A stretch of DNA of 64,000 bases from Takakia lepidozioides (Eukaryota > Plantae > Bryophyta). Below the pieces are notes generated by a model. That model ran no database searches. It was not told the DNA's origin and saw only the letters and a list, made by a program, of their open reading frames with translations. This document shows, in pieces, positions 51,070 through 62,300 of this stretch (positions are counted from its first letter, which is position 1; every line of letters begins with the position of its first letter). Where the stretch lies: positions 67,394,001 to 67,458,000 of the forward strand of contig CM060731.1 in assembly GCA_030704615.1 (NCBI GenBank). The letters are read 5' to 3'. The position numbers and the translations under genes are program-made.

Positions 51070-51785
51070 AGGCATATGTCTTCTGGACTTGTTTGGCGGG
51101 ATTAGCACTGGATCGGCTGCAGTGCTGCAGGCAGGTGTACGAGTTCGACGTTACCTATATGTGGAGAGGGATGAGACCTTGCTGGGGGCGCATGATTTGG
51201 AGCGGGTTGGCCCTATTCACTTAGTAGTGGTAGGTTGGCCCTGCCAAGGGCTTTCATAAGCTGGGTATAACAATGGGTTACAAGACTCAAGGTCACGTCT
51301 GTTTTGGGAGATATTGAGGGTCCTGCGCTATTTACAGCTTCAGCAGACAGACTCTCTGGCATATATCTTGGAGAATGTGCCATTGATGGGTGATTCTCGG
51401 GCCAAGGTGATGGCCAGTGTACATCAAGTGCGGTCTTGGCTTGGGTCAGCAGTGTTGCTGGATGCAGCTGCAGTGGGGTCACGGGCTCATCGCCCACGAC
51501 TATGGTGGACCAACTTGATGCCATATGCATTGCTCAAGCGTGCATTTGATGGGGTGCAGCGGCCACCAAACCTTGCCTACACTGCTCAGCTTTCCAGGAT
51601 CTCATGCTTTCCGGGATGGTGGACCTGGCCTCTTGTGGGATAGCCAGTTGCAACAGTTAGTGGAGCCCAATGCTGACGAGCGTGAGCGGGCAATGGGTTT
51701 CACCACTGGTACCACGGCGGTGCCATCTCTTTCTGAGGCATCACATCGTCAGGTGTTGGGGCAAGCAATGGATCTCAATTGCTTG
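51070..51785 (+). pseudogene. DNMT3-like domain of family X copy 3 (internal deletions, one stop)
   Basis: LLDLFGGISTG, GWPCQG, YILENVP, RAHRPRLWWTNL, ERERAMGF, RQVLGQAMD. Confidence 0.88.
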
Positions 51786-52865
51786 GCGTGTCAGTAGCCA
51801 ATTCAATGCAAATCTCTTGACCCTTCAGTGCTCCTAAGTCCTTCAAACTGAAGGCAAAGCAGTTCCTATAAGCCCTCAAGAACCGCCGTATACGTCGTCT
51901 TTCTCCTCCGGTGACTATAGGTCCAACATCAGGCTCCCAGTTGTCATCCGTGACTGCAACCTTGAGTCCAGCAGGCTTAGAGGTAGAAGACGCGTCCCGT
52001 GGTTGCTATGCTGCAACCTCTTGAGCAGTGACCACTGCCTCCTCTGTCAGTGATAATGTCTCATCCTGCCCCATCATCCCATCCTTGAGGACCTCCTCAA
52101 CCCGAGAAAAATCCCCAACCTCATCCATCACGGCCACCTTGGCTGCCAACTCTTTTTGAACCTCGAACACCTCCCACGTGTGCCATGGATGCGGCCTGCA
52201 CCTCGTGGTCCTCACCTGTTTGCCCCCACTCGCTGCCTGTACCGTCTCGTTAGGCAGGGAGACCATCAAGGGAAGTGTACTCCATACTCTGCGCTGCTCA
52301 GCCATAGCCAACGGTGATCAAATCCGGACCAACCTCCTATGAAAACAAGCGCCCACACAAAGCTAACATGGCGCACAGTCAAGCATGCAGGTGTGGAGGG
52401 GATCCAAACACAAGAAAATCAAGACAATAACTCCCCCACACCAAAAACACTCCACAGTGTCGCTCCTGCAAGGACACCCCAGCCCAAACCCGGACTGACT
52501 CTTGCCTCCATCTACGGAAAGGTTTTGGCCTACAGAGAGGGTGAAAGACTAAGGAGAAGAGAAACTAAAGCAATTCCTAACCCCAGAATGCTCTCATCCC
52601 ACCACTCTCCCTCTTGTCTCTATCCACTCGCTTGTATGGCCGTGGCAAATATCCTTCAATATCCCTCAATCAATCCTTCAAGAGCTCTTCAACATTGTCC
52701 ACCAAAGCTCCTCGAAGGGTCCTCCAAGGACCCCAAAGATCCTCAAACACTCCTCCAAGGACCCCAAAGATCCTCCAAATACTCCTCCAAGGGCCCTCAA
52801 ATATCTTCCAAACAATCCTCCAAAGGCCCTTAAATTTCACAAAGTCCTTTCACTGTTGATAGCTT

Positions 52866-53255
52866 AACAGAGGTATAGTCTGAGGTTGCTAGGGTCCCTT
52901 ATGTTGATGATACCTTTACAGAGGTATAGTCTGAAAATGAGGGTTCTGTTTGGTATACTAACAGAGGTATAGTTTGAGCTGATTAGGGTCCACATATGGT
53001 GATACCTCAACAGAGGTATAGTAAAAGGGACAAGCTCATGTTTGGTATACTAACAGAGGTATAGTCTGAGCTGATTAAGGTTCACATATGGTGATACCTC
53101 AACAGAGGTATAGTAAAAGGAACAAGCTCATGTTTGGTATACTAACAGAGGTATAGTCTGAGCTGATTAGGGTTCACATATGGTGATACCTCAATAGAGG
53201 TATAGTAAAATGGACAAGCTCATGTTTGGTATACTAACAGAGGTATAGTCTGAGC
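52866..53255. repeat. Same 92-bp dimeric tandem array, in the copy 3 leader
   Basis: Essentially identical to 14353-14742. Confidence 0.9.
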
Positions 53256-54979
53256 ATACACTACTAGGGTTTGTAATGAAGAGCTAGAATGCAAGTCCTT
53301 GACTTCTATGCTTCTACTCAAGCAAAAATATGGTCTCTAGGTGGTCATAAGATGCATCTTCTTGCTCTCTTCCACCCCAATGTGCAGCCAAGAGTGGTCC
53401 AACTCAACTTGCAAGTCATTGTCCACCAAATCAATCCCCCTTCTAGTCCTTGGATTTGATTGCAAACTACCATATCTCCATTGCCGAGCAATCATGCATT
53501 TGTCTCCTCATCACTTGACAATTGCTCCAAATCAACACAAATTATCTCAATGTGTAGGAGCAATGCTTGTCACTTACAATAATGCTCCCAAGCAATCCGC
53601 CTTGGATCCCACTCTCACGCCATATGCCTCATTTGGGGTCTTGCACCAATCCATCATCCATGTGCTCCCCGTGGTCATTTGAATGCATGTTTCATGACCT
53701 CTTGGCCTATGTGTTGCTCTCCTTCATCATAACATGAATCAACACCTCTCCACTTCACACACAAGTGGATCTCAAAGGCCTTCACCTCTTGCTAGTTCAC
53801 GAGCTCCCCTTCTCAAACTTGAACTTACAAACTCAAGCGAGCATGCTCCACACATGCACCACTTGCTTGGTCAACTATCCACCACAAAGCTCGCACTACC
53901 AAGAGCATGAATAGCCAAGTATTGCCTCCCCCTCTTGTCACATTACATAGTTAGGATGAAGCTATGCATACATTGAATGATGATTTCCCTTCAAGGATTT
54001 CCCACCACATGTTCTCCAAGCCCTTCCAATGGCACCCTAAGCTTGGCTCCACACCACCATGATTGGAAGATTTCTTCACATGCTCCCTTTCAAAACCTCT
54101 TGAGCTTCTTAGTGCTCTCCAAGTGCTTGCCCTTGTTGTCTTCAAGCCCAAGCATATATAGCTCATTGGCTTCTCTTCCACAACATCCACACTTTGAACT
54201 TGCTTTTGCTTAACCCTAGCTTGATAGTGAAATGAGCACTAACAAGCCTTTAGTCACTCTCCACAAGCCATGGCACACACCATCGACTCCATAATGCATA
54301 CAAAGGATTCTCAAACCCTAGAATCCATGCTTCCACACACACAAGACTTCCTCCTTACAATCTTTGCAAAATCTTGTGACTCGAGAGCTTTCTTCTCAAG
54401 CTCTCCAACTCCTTGGTGCATGCAATACTGGAGCACCTTTCCTTGCAACCCCTTGCAAGCCTTGTGATACAAGAGCTAAATTCTCCTAGCTCTCAACCTC
54501 TTTAAAATATGAGTGCAAAACTAATCCTTACACTCCGCACTCACAAGCATAAGGTGATCTTCTTGTAGTGATAAGAGATGAGAAATAAGAGAAGTAGAAG
54601 ACAATGAAAGCTCTCAAAGCATGAAGCAATCACATGAAGAACAAGCCCTAGTCCTTCCAAGTGAAATCCACTCTATCACATAAACCAAGTCAAGCCAAGG
54701 GCACCTTTGCTAAAGGAATCCACCCTACAAAGCCCTCAACACACTCCCTCTCAATACCTAGAGCTATGGAGGTGAGAGAAGCTCATGGAGGTTCAACTAC
54801 AAGAAGATGAGCCTCCTCAACACTCACAAGGGGAAAACCTATCTCCATGTCTCAAGTGAGACTCGATACCTCACTTGGCATGTGAGACCAAATGAAGTCC
54901 CAACACACAAAATATAAATGTAAATATCTAGTTAACTAGAAGTAGGTAATTCTAGATAACCATGACTAAAACCATGACA

Positions 54980-55985
54980 TAACAAGTATGTGCTGGTGAT
55001 GGTGGAACATTTTTCCAAGTGGATTGAACTGGTGGCATTGCCTGACAAGGCAAGTGAGGGGGCTGCGTATGCATTCTTAGATCGAGTGCTTAGCCAATTT
55101 GGTGCTCCAGCCGAGGTAGTCACGGACCAGGGGAGAGAGTTATTGGGGGAGTTTCAGGCTTTGTGTGAGCAAGCCTTGATAGATCACCGCACTACTTCTC
55201 GGGATCATCCCGAGGCTGATGGCCTAGCAGAGAGGGTTGTACAAATAGTCAAGCGAGGCTTGCGCAAGTATGGCTTGAAGAAGGGACACTTAGGAGATTG
55301 GGACCTTCAGCTACCTTGGTTGGCCATGGGCTACATGTTTAGCAAACAAGCATCACTTGCCTCGTTCTCACCTTATTTCCTTCTCTTTGGCCGAGAACCA
55401 GATTTGTCTGCATCTATTCACAGAGAGACTGCAATAGTCCTCAACCTTGATGATCCGGATGTGTGGACACAAGCATGTGCCCAGCAGACAGAGTTGTTCA
55501 AGAGAGTCATGCCTATGGCTTTTGAAAACCTTGCTATTGCCCAATACTGAGACACATTGAGGTACGCCACTATATGTGGAGGGGATATTGGCAAGGTGTT
55601 CGGCGTTTCCACCCTGGGGACTATGTGTATCTGCAGCAGACAACGCCTATGACTTTGGATGTCACTGCAGGACGTGTGATTCTAAGGGTCCGGGAGGTGT
55701 TGCATTCAGGAGTGTTGATTCTGGAGGGTCGAGATGGCATGGTATGGAAGGACCATGTGCGCAATTGCGCACCATGTCACCTTCCACATGTGGATGGAAT
55801 GATAGATCCCAACCTTGCAGTGGTACCTGCAGGGTTGCGTTGCATGCTATGTGGGTATGCTGGTGGTGCCGCAACCATGTTGGTGTGTGACAAATTCTCA
55901 AGGGGGTGACACATGGGATGCTTGACACCGCCACTTAAGGAGGTTCTTAGTGGAGAATGGTTGTGTCCATGATGCCTTGGCCATA
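54980..55985 (+). pseudogene. Family X copy 2: integrase core plus PHD finger (disrupted); zinc-finger part at 30657-30795
   Basis: VVTDQG, GLAERVV, CMLCGYAGGAATMLVCDKFSRG*HMGCLTPPL..WLCP*C. Confidence 0.88.
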
Positions 55986-57578
55986 GGTAGTGGGCATGAC
56001 AATGGTGTAGTTGACAAGTGATCCAAGGTCTAGCTGATGGGAGCTCAACGCCATGGATACTCAATTGAAGATCATGGATTGCAAGCAGGCGACTAACGAT
56101 GGGACTCTCGTTGCACCCGACCTCTTGATCCATATACTTTAGAAAATTGGGAGATGTGCGATTGAAGACCAAACGATGATCTTATTGAGATGGATACTTG
56201 TCAGCTATCCGGTGTTAGAGGGACCTAATCACCAGCTAGGGGGGCGATTGTGGCATAGCTTTCTAGGATTGTGTGCTTAGAATGTATGGTGAACAGCGAT
56301 GTATGTTGTGGCACGATGCTTAGGTGCACGACAGCTGTCATGGTTTTAGTCACGGTTAACTAGAATTACCTACTTCTAGTAACTATGACATTTTGGATAT
56401 TTATATTTGTATTTTTTGTGTTGGAACTTCATTTGGTCTCACATGCCAAGTGAGCTGTCAAACCTCACTTAGGACATGGGGATGGGTTTTTCCCCTTGTG
56501 AGTGTTGAGGAGGGCTCATCTTCTTGTAGTTGAGCCTCCATGAGCCTTTCTCACCTCCATAGCTCTAGGTATTGAGAGGGAGTGTGTTGAGGGCTTTGTA
56601 GGGTGGATTCCCTTAGCAAGGGTGCCCTTGGCTTGACTTGGTCTATATGATTGAGTGGATTCAAGAGTGGAGTGTTTCCATTGTGTTCACTTTCATTATC
56701 ATTATGGCATAGCTTTCTAGGATTGTGTGCTTAGAATGTATGGTGAACAACGATATATGTTGTGGCACGATGCTTAGGTGCACGACGCTTAGGTGCACGA
56801 CACTTGAGACAGTAAAATCCAGAAAGGGAGAAAGAGCTGCATAATGAAGAGAATCTCACTATTCTATGGCAACAAGCAACAAAATTGAGCTTTCTTTATA
56901 AGCATATTGTGGAGGCTTCAACAAATGGCTCTTTATGAATTCCCTATCAGTTGTATTGAGCTTTGTACGCAGCTATCGCTCTAGTTCAACGTAATTTGTT
57001 GTGGCTCGAAATTCTGGCATTTTTGGGGATCAGATTATATCCCATAATCTGCCGTCATAATCTACCGGGTCTTCTATCATTACAAGTTGCCCTCATCATT
57101 GCTCGTGATCTGACGCTAGCCGCTTCTACCAGCACAAGTTAGTCCTCAATCTTCGGTATCCTGCCATGTCTATGTAAGTAGATCAAATAAAAAATTCCTA
57201 TAGGTTGTTCACGTGCTACGAGATGTTGAACCCTGGATCATTCCATTACGAGAGCATTCCTCGCCAACACAAATTACGTACGGCAACGGCCATTGGTCGC
57301 CACGTCACCTAAGATAATCTGCCGCGGCTCCCGCCTCCCGTTGGCTCTTCGGCAGATTATCCTAGATAACTATCCAAGGTAACGTGGCTCCTAATACGTA
57401 AGAACCTCATCGGAAAATCTTAGTGTACTTTGTGGGGCTTTAAAAAGCATAATTCCCGTTTATCCTGTTATGCCGTTGAGCCTATGGGCTTGGGCCCGTA
57501 ATCATAAAAAGACTAGTAATTATGGACCTTGTAACCTCATATTCTGGATATTCTGGATATGCATTCAGTTTTTATGTG

Positions 57579-57681
57579 AGGTAAAGTCCTGTAACTCGGG
57601 CCTTACGTGATTCAAGACTCCCACGCCCTCGGGGCTATGGAATCTTGAATCGCGTAAAGCCCTCGTTGTAGGACTTCACCT
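57579..57681. repeat. Imperfect foldback with arms of about 43 bp
   Basis: AGGTAAAGTCCTGTAAC...GATTCAAGACTCC pairs with GGAATCTTGAATC...GTAGGACTTCACCT. Confidence 0.8.
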
Positions 57682-59302
57682 AATACACAACATGTCACGT
57701 CTTTGCACACATTGCCCATAATATTGTTAGGTCACAATGGCATGTTATTATTGATACATAGACAAAATTTGTGGAAAGCAATGAATTGGTTAACCATGCC
57801 CATTCAACTAAAGGCCTCAGCATTCCTGGTTTACACCTTTCCTTCCCATATTAGCTGAACAAGTGCCTAGTCGCGTAATGGTTCCACCCTAATTACAAAA
57901 CTAGAAAGCTAGCACTGGCGATTTTGATTTTATTGAAATAAAACCTATAAAGATTTAAAACATAAAATCGGAACCGTTAGCATTGACAAATAGATGTGAA
58001 ATTTAGAATCAAAATATTTTATATTTTCAACTCGATAGAAAATAATAACAATAATAGATTAAGTGCAAGGAATGTGGAATTGGAGGGATAAATCTGAAGA
58101 GCACTGAACATAATGGAAGTCATTATGACAAACCTCACAGAAAGTCTGAAGGGAACTAAATATAATAGAACTGAAGGGATAAATCTAAAGAGAACTGAAT
58201 ATGAAGGGATAAATCTGAAGGAAACAGACTATAATGAAAGTATAGCATTCACCAAGTCACGAATGAATGGGTAACAGTAGGATGAGAATCTATAGTATAC
58301 TGGAAAATGGCTATTTATTGGGGAAGGTATATCTTGGTATTATGTATTGACCGGGGAAGGTACATGAAGAGAAAACAATGTACATGGTCTCTCCTTGGGG
58401 AGGAGCCAATAAAATGCAATGGCCACAAATATAGTGGATGAGTGAGAAGGACTGTGTTTGCAATATGTAGTTGGCAAACCCAGAAGAAAATAGATCCCCA
58501 AAGCCACAAGAATGCATTCGCGCATTGTTAGACACTTGGACAAAAACCCCACAACATTGTTTCGCAGGCCTTGTAAGGAGCTGCAAAGCTCTTGTGCCTA
58601 AGGGTTAGAATGGTGCACCTGCTGCACTAAATAAGAAACCAATTTCACCGAAAGGCATTCGATAATAATCAAATGAAGGGGCAATTAGATCCCTCTTCGT
58701 CATTCGGCACAAGATACCACTAAAATGGAAATGCTGTTCTGAGACCCCTCTTTGTACTAGTGAGAGTGAGATTGGCCAAGTATACATCACCACCAATTGT
58801 TTCACCACCATGCTTTCCTCTCATACTGTTAGTTCGTCGCAAACATTTCACTGGAAGGTTGGATGAAGCTAATAAGCTATCGGTCTAGCTTGAATGACTT
58901 AAAAACCGGTAGCCGATGCAAAGAGTAACACCAATGAGTTATTGATCCAGCATGGGTAGATTCCAGAATTGTCGGCCAATGCAATGAGTATTAGCACCCT
59001 CTAATCAGTTGATGTGGATTGAATGATGGGGATTGCCTATACAATGGGTAATGGCTCTCTCTAATATATAATCTGTTGTTGTAAGAGCTTGGGCCAAGCC
59101 AAGTTAACTATCGGAGACTGCCAAGGCAATAAGTAAGAGCACCCTCTAATCAGCTGAAAAGATACTAGGAAAAATGACTTTCATGGACCCACCACCAGTT
59201 GCCACTTTCAACTTGTTTGACAATACCGTTCTTATGAAAATGACTATTAGCGACTACCGAGTATGAGCACCCTAAATTATGCATCAACCAATCCGAGCAT
59301 GA

Positions 59303-62300
59303 CTAGTTGATGAAGCAACTAAGGAAATCCGAGGAGAAATGACTATAGGGGACCCACCAGTTCCCATTGTCATCTTGTTTAACAACCCCCTTCTTATCAA
59401 CTTCTGTCACTTTCCCCTCCAGCTCCACCAAAAACATCGCCTCCTTCAACCCTTTTCGGCGATCCAATAGGCGGACAACAGGATAATACTTACAATTTCT
59501 CTTTGTCTGCGCTTTCAGAACTTTCTCACCGTGACTGCTTTTGCCAAGGATATTGCGCATTTGTCGCTTGGCTTCCTTCTTATTCAAGATTGTAGCTGGC
59601 ATGGCTTCATGTCTTGTGCTCAAGTGTATAGCTTTTGCCTTGTATTCAGATTCTTTGTGTGGGTCGATGGCCTTCTCTTTCCTCTCCCTCTCCCTCTTCA
59701 AGTTTTTCTGTCTTCGTCCCTTTTCCCCTTTTCCCGCATGTTGTGGGGCCATTGACTGCGTGCCTTGATGCATGGAAGAGGATGGAACAGTCACAGGTTC
59801 TAAGACGTCGGCTCCAGTAGTAGACCTTGTTCTCTTGGACACAGCTTCCATGGCCGAAGTTGATGGTCTAAATTGACTGCGATGCACGCCATCGGCAGTT
59901 TTGACTGCTGGGAAAATATGAACCGTGACTGTGACGACTGATAGGGAAGAACCAATGACTTCAAACACACATGCATCACATTCCTTGAGGGAATGTACAT
60001 GAGCAAAGTCTCTCCAACCTTGACCGCCTATAGACCAACTGTTTGGATTCCAGTAACCAGCCCACGATTGGCCTTCTGGGCTCAATAAAGTGACTTGCGC
60101 AGATGTCTTTGGCAAATGCTCTCTTGAGAATTGTCTTGGTACACGCTGCAAAAAAATTCACAAACATCACATCGTCAATATTCCCTACAAATTGATCGCC
60201 AATACAGATCTTGAAATTCATCTTGGAGAGAACCAAAACAGCACATGTTAACGGCTATGACACTTTTGTAAGATCCTTGTGTCCTAACATTGTAACCCCT
60301 ATCTGTTGATGTGAAAACCCTAATTATTACATGACTTGATAATAGAATGTACTCATAAGACGTTGTTTGCCGTAGCCTTGTGGCCATGACTTGATAATAG
60401 ACAAAGTGTTCAAAGATTGTTCGAGCCGTGGTAAACTTGCCAATATAACAATTTTAAGCCCAAAGAATATGGAGTATATAAGTAACATGATGCTTCAGAG
60501 GATGGCAGCCCCTAGCTATTAGGGTGGGACATCTACTTAATTAGTGATGACTGATAAACAAGAAACTGTTAAAAGATTTGAAGAACAAAAAGGGCTAAGG
60601 TGACAAGTTAACCTCATGGTGACAAGCTTCCATTTAAGCCAAAGAAAGAAAGATGGGAAATCCTTGGAGAATACTTACAACAAGGCAGTTTTTGCTGATA
60701 TGGGAGGGCCTCATGACTACTACAACACTTGGTTTTTCACACTTCAATACGCAAACGCGCGCAGCATTAAGGGCCTTCTCTACATTGACCAGGTGCTCCT
60801 GAGGGAGAAGAGTGCTTGTTGATTGCAACATCCTAGGATGATTTGCAATCTCTCCATTGCTTCGAGAGCCTGGCTCCTCTTTCACTATAACCTCTGGTAC
60901 ACTAAGTAAGTTGTGCTTCGGACTGTCAATCATTTTTTGCATGTCAGCTGTCTCCCTGGACTTTCGTATCCCCCTTAGTGTCTTCCCTTGGCTATAATCT
61001 CCAATATGTTTGCCACCCACATGGCAACTTGCCTCGAGCCCCACATTGTCTGGTACTTTTCCCTTCTTCCTAGGACTAGGCTCCCCCTTATCCTGCGTGC
61101 CTTCAAGAATCTGAACATGACCTTCAGCGCCACCGTCAGTTTCCGGCATGTTGGCAGTCTTTATACCTTGTGATCGCAGGCTTGTTCTCTTTTTCTGGTT
61201 GCTATGCTCCATGTATGCAGCCAATGTTGTTCTCTTCCAAACCTTACCTTCTGCACCCCTAACATTTGCAACCTTCCCAGCCTTTGCGTTTTCAATGGCC
61301 ATCCCATGAAGACTATGGCCCTCCTCCACAACATCATCCCTTCCGCTTGTATCTTCACTCTTCATACTGATTCCATCCTCACTGTCTAAGGTTGTTTCAC
61401 TATCACTGTTGGAGGAGCTAGTCCCAACATCACCATCTGAGCTACTTTTGCTCTCACTGTCACCATCCTCCTCTGAACTCTCACCATCAGTACTCACTTC
61501 ATCATTATGACTAACCTTGTCCTTGTCCTTGAGAATCTCATGAACCCTCTGTCCTTGTGGATACTTCAGCATCCGTTGGACTTTCGATAACCTGGGTCCG
61601 CTATTGTGACCAATCCCACCTCCAAAGTCAGCACCCAAATGCTGTCCCACGGAACCTCTGTTTGGAGGATTCGAAACTCCCATTTGGCTCTCCTCACACA
61701 ACACCTTATCTCCTGCAATTGGTGGTGCATGTGCATCGTCTCTAGCCTTTCGCTTTCCACATTTGCTTCCCTCACTAAAGATGCGAGTGATGGTTGCTTC
61801 ATAAGAGCTTGCTTTCTCACAACCAGACTTGTCAAACACTTGCACAATGAAGCGTTCATCTGAGATCAGAGTAAACATAAGCTGCTCTCCCTTCTCCAGC
61901 CAGTGGTCTCTAGCAAATATCCTCCACCCACCACAGATAGACCCATTTTTTATTTTCACACGCCATTCGCAACCGCTCGCTCCTTCTAGGGTTGCAATCT
62001 CTTTGATTTTGGAGCTGTGTGATCTCACAAAGGAAATTGGCAATTTCTGCCAGAGACAACCCAAGTGAGGAATGATTCTTCAAACCTGATAGACTCACCA
62101 CTGTCCTTGAATGGCATACATTTTAGCTCTTGAACCATACCCATGCCGCAAGTCAGTACCGAGTTCTGGCAATTGTATGACCAAGGAGGCATTAAACCAA
62201 AAGTCTTAACCCTTTACCCAAAGACTAAGCAAATACTGGTTTTCCGGAGCTGCACTACTTCATTAGAGGAAGCGACCACCCCTCCAAACTCAGAACCCTC

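Larger units (their letters stand above)
37703..54979 (-). mobile_element. Family X copy 3 (very similar to copy 1), inserted in the copy 2 integrase; 3' terminus deleted, internally rearranged
   Basis: A1 54569-54979; B1 37791-37875 joined by GC to the A2 remnant 37703-37788; PHD 38133-38280; INT, RH and RT on minus strand 45582-47960; inverted gag-PR-DNMT on plus strand 47962-51785. Confidence 0.88.
20017..56802 (+). mobile_element. Family X copy 2 (divergent subfamily); outermost host of four nested insertions
   Basis: TSD CTTG at 20013-20016 and 56803-56806. A1 20017-20382, PPT about 56234-56246, B1 56249-56333, GC, A2 56336-56701, B2 56703-56802. Confidence 0.9.

Noticed and set aside
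20017-56802. DIRS/PAT/Ngaro tyrosine-recombinase element, suggested by the split repeats and a methyltransferase
   Set aside because: No YR motifs were seen. The element has an aspartic protease, HHCC-DDE integrase, TG…CA ends and TSDs, and its MTase is C5-type rather than adenine-type.
56773-56802. 15-bp tandem duplication at the end of B2 as a functional feature
   Set aside because: It is seen in only one of the B copies; most simply a local slippage or repair event.
58080-58240. Degenerate GAAGGGATAAATCTGAAG repeats
   Set aside because: A short, low-complexity intergenic repeat with no supporting structure.
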